A DNA stretch of 64,000 nucleotides from Bispira polyomma (taxonomy: Eukaryota), in the NCBI GenBank assembly GCA_965649765.1, contig OZ287748.1:9300001-9364000 (forward strand), given 5' to 3'. The translations under genes and the position numbers were made by a program. Shown one piece after another: positions 38,037-50,740 of this stretch (position 1 is its first letter; each line of letters begins with the position of its first letter). The notes below the pieces were generated by a model. It ran no database searches and was not told the origin of the DNA. It saw nothing but the letters and a program-made list of their open reading frames with translations.

Positions 38037-40254
38037 TCAGTTTAATTTAAAACTTAATTATAAAAAATAGCCTGAAAAGCAATTGAAACCATAGGTGTTA
38101 ATTATTGGCTTAATAGGCCGAAAATAGGGTGAACCTTCATATAACAGTTTTTAAAGGAATGACATTAGAAGCTCTATTAACCCCAAACTTCAATTATACA
38201 ATAATCCCTCTTCTACTTTATGAAGCTTCTATGAGCCAAACGAAATCATGTCTCCAACATGTTCAAATAATAAAGGTTATACTGTATTGTTTAGTATCTT
38301 AAAATCACAAATTCATTGCACAGAATATATATATATTTATATATTTTGTGTAACTTCCGCTGTCTATACCCATTTAAAAATTGCTTCAGGACAGTTTTTT
38401 GGTGACATGTAGGCGTGTATGAAAACAAGGACATAAGGTGTATTTTTACTTAACAATTTTGTCAAGCCGTCATTAAAACAAAGTTTGGTTGAACAAAAAA
38501 TATTTTTTATTTTAAAGAACTGATCATCAAAAAACTTTATATAAAAATATAGCATAAAATCATAGTGATTAAAATTGTTGGAAGTCAGCAATAAGAAGAT
38601 TATCCTCTTAAACTTTGACCATTTCATTTAAACTCATTAAGGAAATTCAATTAAAACTCACTTGTGGAAATAAAATCTACTTTAGAGAATTACTTTTTTA
38701 TATAGATTTTACAAGGAAGATATATACATATATGTACAAATACTGAAAAAAATGGAAACTGGATTCTGACAACAAACAACTTGAAATATCTTTGCACTGA
38801 CAAAAATTATAATACTAGAAAGAAAAGTTTCTATCAGTGTCAGAATACAAACTTATGCATTCCAGCTTCCATTTTTCCAATACACTTCAATCTGTAAGAG
38901 AGACCACCTCTATGAACCAATCACTTATCTATGAAGACCTCTCTTTCAAATACATTTTACTAAATTGTTTTCTCCATCTCCAACATATATAGTTAGAGCG
39001 GTTTATTGTATACAAAATCAACTCGACACAAAATAGCTTTGCATTGAGTTGCAAAATTTCAAAATTACTGGAACATTTTAAGGTTTGACTTGAAGTGGTT
39101 CGGCTGATATATATGAAACTGTAAATACAAAAACACATTCTGTTAGTCCTATATGCCCAATATCCATACATAATTTGGTTTACTTATATGACTAGCCTGT
39201 CTTAATAACTTTTTCATAAGTGTAGCAAATGTTGGAGGTATAATATTGTTTCCATTAACACAGAGTCTAATGTTATATAACTCGTCAACTTTTTGCATAA
39301 CATACCTTTTCGACTATTATCTAAAATGACTGGTTTTACCAGATATATAAATTATACATCATAAAAACTAAAACCAAAATGCTTAAAGCAAAACAACAAA
39401 AGGATAAAATGATACCACTTGCCCAACTGTGGCTTTCTATTGCAGACACGAGTCGTATACAAAAGCAAAAGAACCACAATTCTAACATACTGATGGACAG
39501 ATTAAACTTTAGCTCGACTAAAATACTGTGCAAATGAAAATTTTAGCTGGAAGAGAAGTTTCACTAATAACCCAAGATTAATGTCCAACCATCTTGGTTT
39601 ATCCCGGCTTACTAACCTTGGACGACCGTAAAATAACCTTGTCTGACCTTCGAGAACCATGGATAAAAAACCCTGGTGATCCAAGCCAATCTGGCTTTTA
39701 CGACGACAAATTTTGGGTAAGCTCAAAACTTCCATGGATCTACCATGGTTGAATTGTGTCTGTGATTAACTGTAATCCAAAATAGTACAACCGTCCCCCC
39801 CCCTGGTACCACAGTAAGTTCACCCTTGCAATCACTCGTTAACCCTCACTGGCCATGACTGACACACACTTGGGGATAAACCCTGCTAACCCGTCTGTTA
39901 CCGTGGCAACACTGGGAAAGCTTTTGCCTCCCCTTCGTGCAAACCCTACCTCTATGTCTCACAACCATGGGAAACCCTTGGTTTAGCCACGGCACAAAAC
40001 CGTAATGATACTTTGCAGTGTTCAAGACAAAGTTTAGCAGTCAATTAGTAATAGTACATGTACACTATTTGATAAAGATCAAATTTTCTCCAACTAAGTA
40101 GGAACCGGATTGTATTGTAGGCTATGTCTGAGTTCGTACAAAAATCACAGATTGTATCACAACATTTCAATCACTCTTTAGATAAATGGATGAAAGCATG
40201 TGCTAAAAGAATTAACAAGTTGTTAGTGCTGCTACTAGATCACACAAACTACAG

Positions 40255-40565
40255 TTACAGTGATATCAGTCAGTAAACACACATAAAACACTGCTACATG
40301 ATGATATTAGTCGCTAAACACATACAAAACACACTGCTACATGCTGATATCAGTCAGTAAACACATACAAAACACACTGTTACATGGCGATATTAGTCAG
40401 TAAACATACAAAAAACACACTGTTACATGGCGATGTCAGTCAGTAAACACACAAAAAACACACTGTTACATGGTGATATCAGCTGCTGAACACATACAAA
40501 ACACACTGGGACATGGTCAGTCAGTAAACACTTATAAAACAAACTGTTACATGGACAAGTAAATA
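40255..40565. repeat. Minisatellite, ~40-bp unit, about 8 diverged copies
   Basis: Unit approximately GATATCAGTCAGTAAACACATACAAAACACACTGTTACATGG. Confidence 0.85.
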
Positions 40566-42018
40566 CATATAAAGTGCATTTGGATACTTTTTGGTTGCGT
40601 AAACAAAGTTGCCAAAACATATTTAAAATATTGTTTTTAAAGAATATTATTAATATGCTGCATGTGAATCTAATCACAAACTAAAATGTAGTGTATGTGG
40701 AACAACAGAACATCAAGTGTCCTGAATATCCATTTTGCTCCTGCATTAAAATCTAACCAGGTCAGTCCAGAAATGAGAAAACCACACTAAACAATAATTT
40801 ATATGTTCATTTTGACTTGTTTTATACATAGATTGTTATACTTTATACATATATTTTGAAAATTTTGAGCTGACAGAAAATTTCACTAACTTACAATTTC
40901 AAAGAAATTGAATGTAATTAATCTTCACTATTGACAAATTTTTACTTGCAAGATTTATAGAAATTTAGATTTTCACTGCCAATTAATTTTTACTATCTGA
41001 GCTCACAAGCTAAAATAACTAAATGACTTCCTGATTAAAATTTCTCCTTAAACAGTAAAAGTTTTAACATATGGAATATCGCACTTATATTCAGAGCAAA
41101 GATTACTTTTTTTTTTACACAGAATAAAGGGTAAATCTGCTTTCTCCAGCAGCATATGGTTCAATATTATAGTATTGTTTATACAAATATACACATATAG
41201 AGTGTTCTTTATTAACAGTAAATAAAGTCTGAGATTGTGTCTAATTATAAAATATACACCAGAACATCTTGAGAAAATTATGTACAGTAGAACCCCTACT
41301 ATCCAAACTTCTATTATCCAAATATTTGATTTTATGAAATCAGTGTCGCCCTGTCAAATTTATGGTTCCTATGGTTTTTATTAATGAACCTCTCCTACTT
41401 GAGGAACCTTCTACTATCTGAACAACATTGAGCTCTCTCTCATTATGTTTGGATAATTGTGGGTTCTACTCAAATATATGAGATGTGATGTTTTCACATG
41501 GTTATAAATCAATAACGAATGACTACAACTTACGTACAAATACTGATCCCACTGTATTGATATATTAATTTAAAAACAATTAAAAACTCGATTTGTCCCC
41601 TAATCTTGTACATACTAACAGTTGAGCCATAATCACCAATCCAGACCAGACTATTGGCTTTAAAGTCACCCCAAAGTTGCCTACATATTCCAAAGTCATT
41701 GTGTAGTTTCGATGGTTTCACACAATAATATTTGCATTTTATTCGACAACAGATTTAACGAAAAATATTTTTTCTTCTATTCGACAATATGTCTATTGTA
41801 TAATCTATACATTTTTGTAGAGACACAAATTACAAACAGTTCAACCGCTTTAAGTCAAACCCCAAGGGACTAAGATAAATGTCTCCACTGAAGCAGGAAT
41901 TCCACTTAACAGGGAAATTTTAGGTGGAATGACTGATCTGTATATAAAGTGTAACTTTACTGGGTTCTTCTTAAATGGATTGAACTGTACTTATTATCAT
42001 CATTACACATTTTTCAAC

Positions 42019-42024
42019 TTTATT
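42019..42024 (-). promoter_or_regulatory. Candidate polyadenylation signal of the four-repeat protein gene
   Basis: AATAAA on the minus strand ~280 nt after the stop; weak evidence in AT-rich DNA. Confidence 0.35.
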
Positions 42025-42303
42025 TTTGGTGCTGTACAATCTATATATTATTTAAATGGAATGAAATGAATGTCTTGTAGTATTATAAAGTCTGTTGCCT
42101 TGTTTCAAAGTTCCTTTAGAATACGCTTTTGTCTGTATTTGATATGTTATAGCTATACCACCCTGCAGTGTTATATCCAGCTTTTATGCAATTTTAGGTA
42201 CTTTTCAGTCTGGTCTGGAACTGGTATGGCTTTCAGTAGGCATGTTGTCATCTTTGCTAAAAGTTAGATGTGTGATTTTCAGTTTTCCTTCAATCTTCTC
42301 TGG

Positions 42304-42391
42304 TTAAACAGATGATAGGCTTGATCTTGACCTTGACACAGGATGATTAGGTGTGGGAGGCAGGTCTTGATTCCTACCAGTCAGGTACAGC
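42304..42391 (-). CDS. Four-repeat uncharacterised protein, exon 9, last ((R)LYLTGRNQDLPPTPNHPVSRSRSSLSSV*)
   Basis: tgtgttgcAG acceptor, phase 2; completes the repeat-terminal motif VNIRLYL; TAA at 42306-42304. Confidence 0.8.
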
Positions 42392-42393
42392 CT

Positions 42394-42808
42394 GCAACAC
42401 AAGTACAGCATTATGTGACAAGAGTACAGCATCATGTGACCAGTACAACATCATGTAACAACACAAGTACAGCATCATGTGACAACACAAGTACAGCATC
42501 ATGTAACAACACAAGTACAGCATCATGTGACAAGTACAGAATCATGTGACAACACAAGTACAGTATCATGCAACAACACAAGTACAGCATCATGTGACAA
42601 GTACAACATCATGTGACAACACAAGTACAGAATCATGTGACAAGTACAGTATAATGCGACAACACAAGTAGAGCATCATGCGACAACACAAGTAGAGCAC
42701 CATGTGACAAGTACAGCATCATGTGACTAGTACAGAATCATGTGATAACAGAAGTACAGCATCATGTGACAACACAAGTGAATCATGTAACAAGTACAGT
42801 GTCATGTT
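42394..42808. repeat. Minisatellite of 24/19-bp units abutting the last-exon acceptor
   Basis: (AACAC)AAGTACAGCATCATGTGAC repeated about 18 times. Confidence 0.9.
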
Positions 42809-43315
42809 TAGCAGTTCATAGAATGTTATATTAAAGGTAAAATGAGCTTAATTTTACTCTTTAAATGTATATTCCCTGTCTCACAAAATGGTCTCAGATA
42901 ATTTGACTTTAATCACTGCCTAAAGTGTCAATTATTTTCCATCCCACAGCAGGTCAATCAGTGGAGTTAGACATAGATGTTATGTAACAAGTATTGAAAA
43001 ATTATACTTTAGTTTGATTGAGTATACAAAAACTACTAAACCAATTTATATGAAAGTTGGAATGGGCCAAGGAATAATCTGGAGCTGATCCAGGTATAAA
43101 GGTGGATCCAAAATTTGTTTTGCACTTTTTGTCACTGTGGCACTCTTTACTGTCAATTTTGCTTCCTCTTCCTGACAGAAAATGTGATAGTATTGCTTGG
43201 TCTTCTCTCATGATAAAAGTTAAACAGATCCATTAATTGGGTAATTTTCCTGTTCTATTTAAGATACCTAAAATAGCCTCTCTTTGAGATTTCCTTCCAG
43301 TACACTGTACACTAC

Positions 43316-43457
43316 CTGATGTTAACCCTCCATGGCTCTCTGTTTAAGTTCCGCTCTTTGGTGTTGTACAGAAATGTGCAGTCTGAGCCCAGTGTCTCTT
43401 GTCCGCCTGTCAATAAACGCACTGGCACTGTCTCCATACCGACCAGCTGCTGCAAAC
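43316..43457 (-). CDS. Four-repeat protein, exon 8 ((G)LQQLVGMETVPVRLLTGGQETLGSDCTFLYNTKERNLNREPWRVNI(R))
   Basis: ctcctttatAG acceptor, GTagtg donor; 142 nt, phases 1/2. Confidence 0.85.
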
Positions 43458-44434
43458 CTATAAAGGAGACAATAATACACAGAGCTACAGATCAAGATCT
43501 TTAACTCCTGCAATAAAGCAAATAAATCCCATTAAATGTACCCCAGCAGTGGCCATGTGTAGGTAACAGTTGTGGCAAATTTTTAGATCAATTGGTTTAA
43601 TACTCGTACACTGATAGACCCTCTTGTTATGTAAAGCAAATTGGGAGAGCAAGATTTTGTTCGGATAATAGAATAATATTGATAAACTAAAGGAGACATA
43701 TAAGTATAAAACAATAATTTAAGATATATTTGGCAGAGCAAAAAAATATGTGTCCATAAAATCAATTATTTGGACAATAAAAGAAATAGGGATAATGAAA
43801 GTTATGAAGAAAAAACAGGAGGCTTGACTTTTTTGTGGGTGTCATAAAAGTGACCATTACCATTGGCCCAAAAGCAATATCCTAGTAAATATGAAAACAT
43901 TACAAGTAATACTTTTTGAAATATGACAGAAAATATTGGAACTTTACCCTATTTAAACCTTGAACCCAAGGTCAAAGGTCAAATTTGAAAATGATATAGC
44001 CTAGTTTTACTGATTGTTACTCTTCCTTGTTTATTTACAACGATGTTGTTTTAAATAGGAAAAAAAGTTACATATGCTTTTCTGCAAAATGAAGAGAAGA
44101 AAAATCACTTATAGTCAAATAAATGTATTTTCTGGTCACTGCAGGTGTCATCATGGTTTTGACATACAGAAGACCTGAGTTTGATTCAAGGCATCAACAG
44201 ATAAAAAGTAACTGGAATGGCCACTTCAAATGGTGGTTGATGGTCATGACATAACTTTCCCTAGCTGCCTGCAATAGACCTAGCGTTGTTGAGATAAATG
44301 GTCACCCACAACCCCTACGGCTTCTGTTTGGGGCATGTCAGTTATTGATGTACAGTGGCTGTATTTAAAATGATTTATTCATGCTTAGATACCAATGAAA
44401 TGGAGAAACCAAACTGAGGATGTTCACTAATGAC

Positions 44435-44710
44435 ACTACAATATGCTGACATAACCAATATTCCGTATCCATCTATCCATGTGTTCTTGTAGTTGACCCA
44501 GGTCTATACGTATAAAACAATATTGTACAATAAACTACAAAATGCTGACATTACCAATCTTCTGTATCCAGCTGTTAACCCTCTCTTGTAGCTGACTCCG
44601 GTCTATACATATAAAAACAATACAATATTGTACAATAAACCACAAAATGCTGCCATTACCAATCTTCTGTATCCAGCTGTTAACCCTCTCTTGTAGCTGA
44701 CCCAGGTCCT
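44435..44710 (-). repeat. Three ~105-bp copies of the exon 7 3' end plus donor site
   Basis: CAGCTACAAGAGAGGGTTAACAGCTGGATACAGAAGATTG|GTAATG ends at 44660 and 44555; a degenerate copy lies near 44456. Confidence 0.9.
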
Positions 44711-44959
44711 CATAACTTCCCTCTTGTAACTCATCTTCCCCTGCAAAGTTCATCTCCCGAGGCAGTTTCATGGGCGAGAACATTTTGTAGGCCAGTTTGA
44801 TTCGTTCACTGTCAGATTTCTCCGCTCCAGTGGGGATCTGTTTCATGTAAACGACTCTCATGACCTGGATATACTCTGTTCGACTCTGGTGTAAAGAGCC
44901 ATAGGCAGAGCCGTGTTCTGTATAGTTACAGCGTAATGCTATGTCTGCATCACTGGTGT
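44660..44959 (-). CDS. Four-repeat protein, exon 7 ((D)TSDADIALRCNY...SYEDLGQLQERVNSWIQKI)
   Basis: gttcttcAG acceptor, GTaatg donor; 300 nt, phases 1/1; open frame in ORF 44535-44981. Confidence 0.9.
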
Positions 44960-45108
44960 CTGAAGAACAACATACACACATTGAGAAAAAGAAAATGTAG
45001 ACATTGAGAAATGTAATGCAGACATTGAAGAAGGAAACACCGGTTTTGCCTATGCTTGTCTAAATTTTTTCTTATTTTGTTTGTGTTATATATACACAGG
45101 TATCTAAA

Positions 45109-45233
45109 TACAGTAGAACCTCTATTATCTGACCCTCCATTATGCAAATATTCAATTTTACGAACCCAGCATCACTTTCCCCAAAGTAAGTTCTTACTTC
45201 CCCAAGATGTCCGTAAAATAGAGGTTCTACTGT
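45109..45233. mobile_element. Tc1/mariner-like MITE, representative of a high-copy family
   Basis: TA|CAGTAGAACCTCTATT ... AATAGAGGTTCTACTG|TA; relatives near 385-560, 13732-13920, 18470-18665, 20251-20435, 30048-30222, 30298-30490, 41282-41470, 41835-41989, 49515-49717, 50991-51130, 53790-54085 and 60277. Confidence 0.8.
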
Positions 45234-45287
45234 ACCATAAAACTGTCAAACCATCTGCCCCCTTGACAGATGACCTGCGTAACCTAC

Positions 45288-45446
45288 CTTTTTTGTACTT
45301 GACAAAGACGGACTGTATGTTTAACATCTTGAGGCCCACATTCTGGTAGATCCACCTAGCCGCTCTCTTCCAAACGTCACCGTACGTCTCATAGCCCTGG
45401 TTGTGTGGGGTGCGCTGGGTGAGCTCGGGAAAGAAATCCTGTATGC
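45288..45446 (-). CDS. Four-repeat protein, exon 6 ((G)IQDFFPELTQRTPHNQGYETYGDVWKRAARWIYQNVGLKMLNIQSVFVKYKK)
   Basis: ttttcccatcAG acceptor, GTaggt donor; 159 nt, phases 1/1. Confidence 0.9.
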
Positions 45447-45458
45447 CTGATGGGAAAA

Positions 45459-45900
45459 TACAGTAAAAAACCTCCATTATCCAACCATGGTGGGAAAGGA
45501 ACATGTTGTTTGGACATTTGGATAACAGAACTTGGACTTAAAATGTAAGATTTTGTTGGAATATACAGTATATCACCCATTATCCAACCATGTTGGGAGA
45601 ACAAGATTTTGTTTGGATAACAGAATTTGGACATAAAATGTAAGAATTTTATCAGAATATACGGTAGCATCTCCATTATCCAAATATTTTTAATAAGACA
45701 AGATTTTGTTAGGATGATAGAATTTGGACTTAAAATGTCAGATTTTGTTGGAATATACAGTACAACCTCCATCATCTGAACATTTTGGGAAAGCAAGATT
45801 TTGTTTGAATAATAGAACTTTGGGACTTTTGTTAGAATATACAGTAGAATCTTCATTATCCAAACATGTTGAGAGAGCAAGATTTTGTGTGGATAATAAT
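45459..45900. repeat. Five tandem ~85-105-bp units derived from a Tc1/mariner MITE left end
   Basis: TACAGTA(G)AACCTCCATTATCCAA-like starts at ~45459, 45564, 45660, 45755 and 45840. Confidence 0.8.
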
Positions 45901-46611
45901 ATCTGTTTTACAGTACCTAACACTACCTTATCTCAAACAAATCTCTCACCTTCCTGAGGCAAAAAGAGTTATTTTGGCAAATTTCACCATAGAGCTCTGG
46001 ATGACTCGGCTTGTGACAACTCGGCTTAAACAGCCAAGCACAGTTGAAGAGCCTGCCAGGAGTCACATATAGTGTTCAACTGGAGCTATCAAGAGTTGAC
46101 AGAGGCCGCGGTGCCCTAGTGGTTAGCAAGCATTGCGCTTCACAATCATTGGTCTCTCACATCTGGGAACGGCTGGCTTCGGACACATCAATTTAATTGG
46201 CGTATTGGTTACACGCAACCCGCCCAATAAATGTGCAGAGTAAATATTTGAATACAATATAAAGTACAAGACGATCAAAGATTGTAATAATTCCCCGCCG
46301 TCGACATGTGTTTAACCACTTACTCTGTGGTATGTTAAGGACGTCGAAGTATGTCAATGAAAGTATGTGATGTAAGAGTTTGTGTGGGAAAGAAGAAGGC
46401 CTTTTTACCCTATTAGGTTGAAACTCGGCCTGAAATCGCTCTGTCTCTTACCATATCCGAGATATTCGACATTTTACGGAAAAAAAAACATATTGGGTCT
46501 TGTGACGTCAACATTCAATTGCACTACCTGAAAGTGATAAAATGTTTCCTTTTTAATAAAGCAACCTCCATACCAAATGGGGTTAATTATGAATTAAGAA
46601 TGTAGACCGAC

Positions 46612-46773
46612 CCAGTTCAGGAGACCGCCCCGGTTTGAGATCAGTTCTGTGGACATGAAAGACACGCAGGAAGAAGTTGAAGCTCTTGTCTTTCTGAGGG
46701 TCTTCTTTCCAGAAACACTCGTCGGCCTCTATTTCACTGGGGATGGGAAGGGTCTCCAGACGCATCACACGAC
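46612..46773 (-). CDS. Four-repeat protein, exon 5 ((G)RVMRLETLPIPSEIEADECFWKEDPQKDKSFNFFLRVFHVHRTDLKPGRSPEL)
   Basis: cgtcatttAG acceptor, GTcggt donor; 162 nt, phases 1/1. Confidence 0.88.
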
Positions 46774-47199
46774 CTAAATGACGGAACAAGTATAGCGATA
46801 GAATACAAGTTCTAATGGAAAATAAAACATTAACTAACTCTTAGATAAGTCAGATTTGGTTCAAAATTCACGTTACCAAATTTAAGGCTGTAGTCACTCA
46901 ACAGCTCTCCTACCTTATTTCCCTTCTCGCTTACAGTAAACCTGGAGAGAGGCAACAGACTCTCTGTTTCCGACTTCCTGTTTGTCCCATGTATCAGAAA
47001 TGGCCATTAAAAATGAAAACAACTAAATGACAAAATGTACATAGCGGCTATTCAGTGGGTAATATAGAAGATAATATTTTAAAATATTTGACGACTATTC
47101 GGAGCCATTACGAATAATTAATGGCAACTAGGCGACTTTTTTGTCAGCCATGACGTCCCTATTATGTGAGAGATAAGAAGGTGTTGTAGTCAATAATAC

Positions 47200-47369
47200 C
47201 TGTGGAGGAGGAGTTCTTGACTAAGTCAGCATTGACTGTGGACAGTATGGACTTGATGGTGTCGCCTTTGGCCTTGACACAGTAGTTCTTGTAGGTCAAA
47301 GTGGCCACAGTAGCAGGACTAGAGGACTTACTTTCATAAAACGTGTCATCTGTGGTGTAGTACCAGATT
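47200..47369 (-). CDS. Four-repeat protein, exon 4 ((R)IWYYTTDD...TLTYKNYCVKAKGDTIKSILSTVNADLVKNSSST)
   Basis: ctttcAG acceptor, GTatta donor; 170 nt, phases 2/1. Confidence 0.9.
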
Positions 47370-48279
47370 CTGAAAGTGAGCAAAAGAAATCAAGAATATA
47401 TAAACTACTTTTAATTAAAGAGGATTGTTATGGGGGGGGGGGGGGCTAAGGGTATCACACAGCATTATAGGACTGAGAGGGCTTAAAAAAAGGGCCTTAC
47501 AGAGCGACGGCTACACAACACGACACTACAGTATAAACAAAATAAGAGTGGTCCATGGACCACATCGCCAGATAACTGACAATTTGCATCGATTATCGCC
47601 CACACGAACTCGATGCATCGAAATCCCAATTTTAAACAAAATAAAATGCTGATACATACCTAAACTCTACTATATTTTATGTTTTCTTAAAATATAAATT
47701 TAAATTTAGGTGTAAAGTGAACATTAAGTTACCTTTTTATCGATCTATTATTTTGTCCTATGCGACAATGTGAATTTGGGCACATACTAAAATTCGGCCA
47801 ACAGGGGTGCCTTCTAAAACTTGGAGCTCTTGGGAGGTAGCTCCGTACAGAGGTAAAATCGCCTAAATCTTGAGAGGTAGCTTGAAAATCGCCTTAATCT
47901 TGGGAGGTAATTTAAAATAAACTTTTATAAGAAATTAATTTTGTATAAATGTATTATGACATGCATCCCAATAAATAACCAATGTATTGTTATATTTATT
48001 CTTTATTCGATTTGGTGATTATAATATAATCTAGGAATTAATTTTGTGTTAATGTATTATTATATGTATTATTATATTTATTTTTTATTCAATTTGGGAA
48101 TTATATAATATACAGTCTAGGAATTATTTTTTTATATTTATTCTCCACAAATATTTGTTTTATGACCTACCAAAATCCACCCAGAAATATAGGTAGTTTT
48201 CAAGCTCCTAAGATATAGGCCATTTTATAGCTACCTCCCAAGATTCAGGCGATTTTCCTGTATGAATATTAATATACCA

Positions 48280-49230
48280 GGTATATGAATAACTACAAAA
48301 TACAGAAACATATGTCCAAGATATAGGAGACAAAAAAAGAATTAAAAATTTTGACTTACATGAATCACTACAAAACACAAAAACATATGAGCAGGGCGTT
48401 TTTTTTTTCAAGCTATAGATTGGAGACAAAAAAACAATAATTTTGACTTGCATGAAGCACTGCAATACAAAAAAACCTACGAGTAGGGCGATTTTGTCCC
48501 AGATATAGGTTGGAAACAGAAAACAATTAATTTTCATTTGTATGAAGAGCTACCTGTATACCGAGAAAACATATGACCAGGGCAATTTTGTGTAAGTTGA
48601 AGATTAAAGACATTAAATATAAATACAGCCATTTAATCATATTCAAAAAACTTCAATATTTCACAAAAAGATATGAGCAGGGCGAGACAAGAAACAATAA
48701 TTTTGACTTGCATGAATCACTGGAAAACAAAAACACATACGAGTCGGGCAATTTTGTCCAAGATATAGGTTGGAGACAGAAAACAATTAATTTTGATTTG
48801 TAAGAAGAGCTACCTGTTTACCATGAAAACATATGACCAAGGCAATTTTGTCTAAGTCGAAGGTTGAAGACAATAAATATTGATACAGCCATTTAATAAT
48901 ATTAAAAAACTTCTATACTTCACAAAAACATATGAGCAGGGCGATTTTGTCCAAGATATAGGTTGGGGACAAAGAACAATTGATAATTTTGAATGGCATG
49001 AATCACTACAAAACACAAAAACATGAGTTGGGTGATTTTGTCCAAGATATAGGTTGGAGACAAAAAACACATAACTACAAAACACAAAAACCTATGATTA
49101 GGGTGATTTTGTCTAAGTTACAGGTTGGAGACAGAAAACAATAAATTTTGATTTGTTTGAGCAGCTACCTGTTTACCATGAAAACATATGACCAGGGCAA
49201 TTTTGTCTAAGTTAAAAGTTGAAGACAAAA
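48280..49230. repeat. Complex higher-order tandem repeat, possibly internal to a larger non-autonomous element (~47540-49480)
   Basis: Recurring CATGAATCACTACAAAACACAAAAACATATGAGCAGGGCGATTTTGTCCAAGATATAGGTTGGAGACA subunits with a ~300-bp superperiod. Confidence 0.75.
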
Positions 49231-50740
49231 AAAGAATTTCTTTTTGTTAAAATTGCTAAAATAAAAAACAATTAGATTCACACCAAGTTTTATTCTACTA
49301 TCTCAAGCAATATTCATTGTAGCTTAAAACTATTGAAAAGCGCAAAATATTACCTTTCTAATGATACCAAAATGAAAATTATATGTGAAGTATAAATATA
49401 TATATGACCATTTAGGCAAATTTTCGGGAAATAAAGGAAGTGTTGCGGGAATGTTGAATGTTTGAGCTTCTTGTTGTAATAAAGGGTTTAAGGGTGCAAA
49501 CTTTCCGCAGTGTATACAGTAGAACCTCTATTATCTGAACATCTTAGAAAACTAGTTTTAATAAAGGGTTTAAGGGTAAACACTGCCTGCACTCTATACA
49601 GTAGAACCTCTATTATCTGAGCATCTTGGAAAAGTGAAAATATGTTTGAGAGAGTGAAATTAAGTTCATACAACTAATTTTGGATATTAGAAGCTTGGAT
49701 AATAGAGGTTCTACTGCATATGGTATATTACATGGAAATTATCACTAGAAGAACTTTTCACAAGTATAAAATTGACAAATTTATAGCAATTCAATCTTTA
49801 ATCAATTCACACTGTAGGATGTCATTTTTTTTCATTAAAAGAATGTTACAAATTAAATTTTTTTTACTGTGAATCATTACTTTATCCCAAACGTATGACC
49901 TGAACTATCATTGTATTTAGAAATGTGTGCCCCGTGACAACCTCTACTTACATATATGTAGTTAGTATTTAATCAGCTGTGCAAAGTTACGGAGCCCCTT
50001 TTAGGAGATACAGATTCTGGTTTATACCAGTTAAATCATTATAACAATATAATCTCATTCCCACAAATTAATCATCTTGTTTGCACACGATAATCTTGTT
50101 ATATACAAGATGTTCTTCTTATATAATGAGATTACCTTATAATACCAAGATAAATGATGTAAACAAATGGTTTTTTTCCTAAATGGGGCTCCATACATGA
50201 ACTGCGAGAAGTACTAGTCAGTAAATATTTGTAGTTTGGGTTCACAAGCCTGCAACTAGGACCATAAACCAATAAGAACAGGACTTTAACTGGTCATCAA
50301 ATCCACTGACTAAAGTGACATCTTGCTAAAAATGGTGACGAAACTCGCTGGTGATTAAAGTTATGTCAAAGTTACATCCCCAAAAAACTGTGACCTACTT
50401 TAAGCTTCTGTGACTGCAATTCTTTGACGTTAATATTTTTTGGACTTTTTAATTGATGAAAGTGACGGTGACAATAGTTAGGCTCAATAAAAACTTATGA
50501 CCTACCTTTTGTCTTAGTTATATACAAGATGTTCCTCTTATAATGAGATTACCTTATAATCCAAAGATAAATGGTGTAGAGAAATGTTCATTTCCTAAAA
50601 GGGGCTCAATATAAAGCTGTAAGAACTACTATTCAGTTAATATTTTTAGTAAATTAGTCTAACTTAGTTTGTCGTTGAGGTGACAAGTGATAAAAGTGAC
50701 AGTGACGAAAGAAACATTCTCCAACAAATTTGTGACCTAC

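Noticed and set aside
39524-40020. Possible CACTA/EnSpm-like MITE ending TTGCAGTG
   Set aside because: The left terminus and TSD could not be defined; single copy in the window
43002-43211. Alternative last exon after ttttctgtcAG (43172)
   Set aside because: In the required phase it stops after RKRKQN and does not complete the repeat-4 motif; the downstream sequence looks repeat-derived
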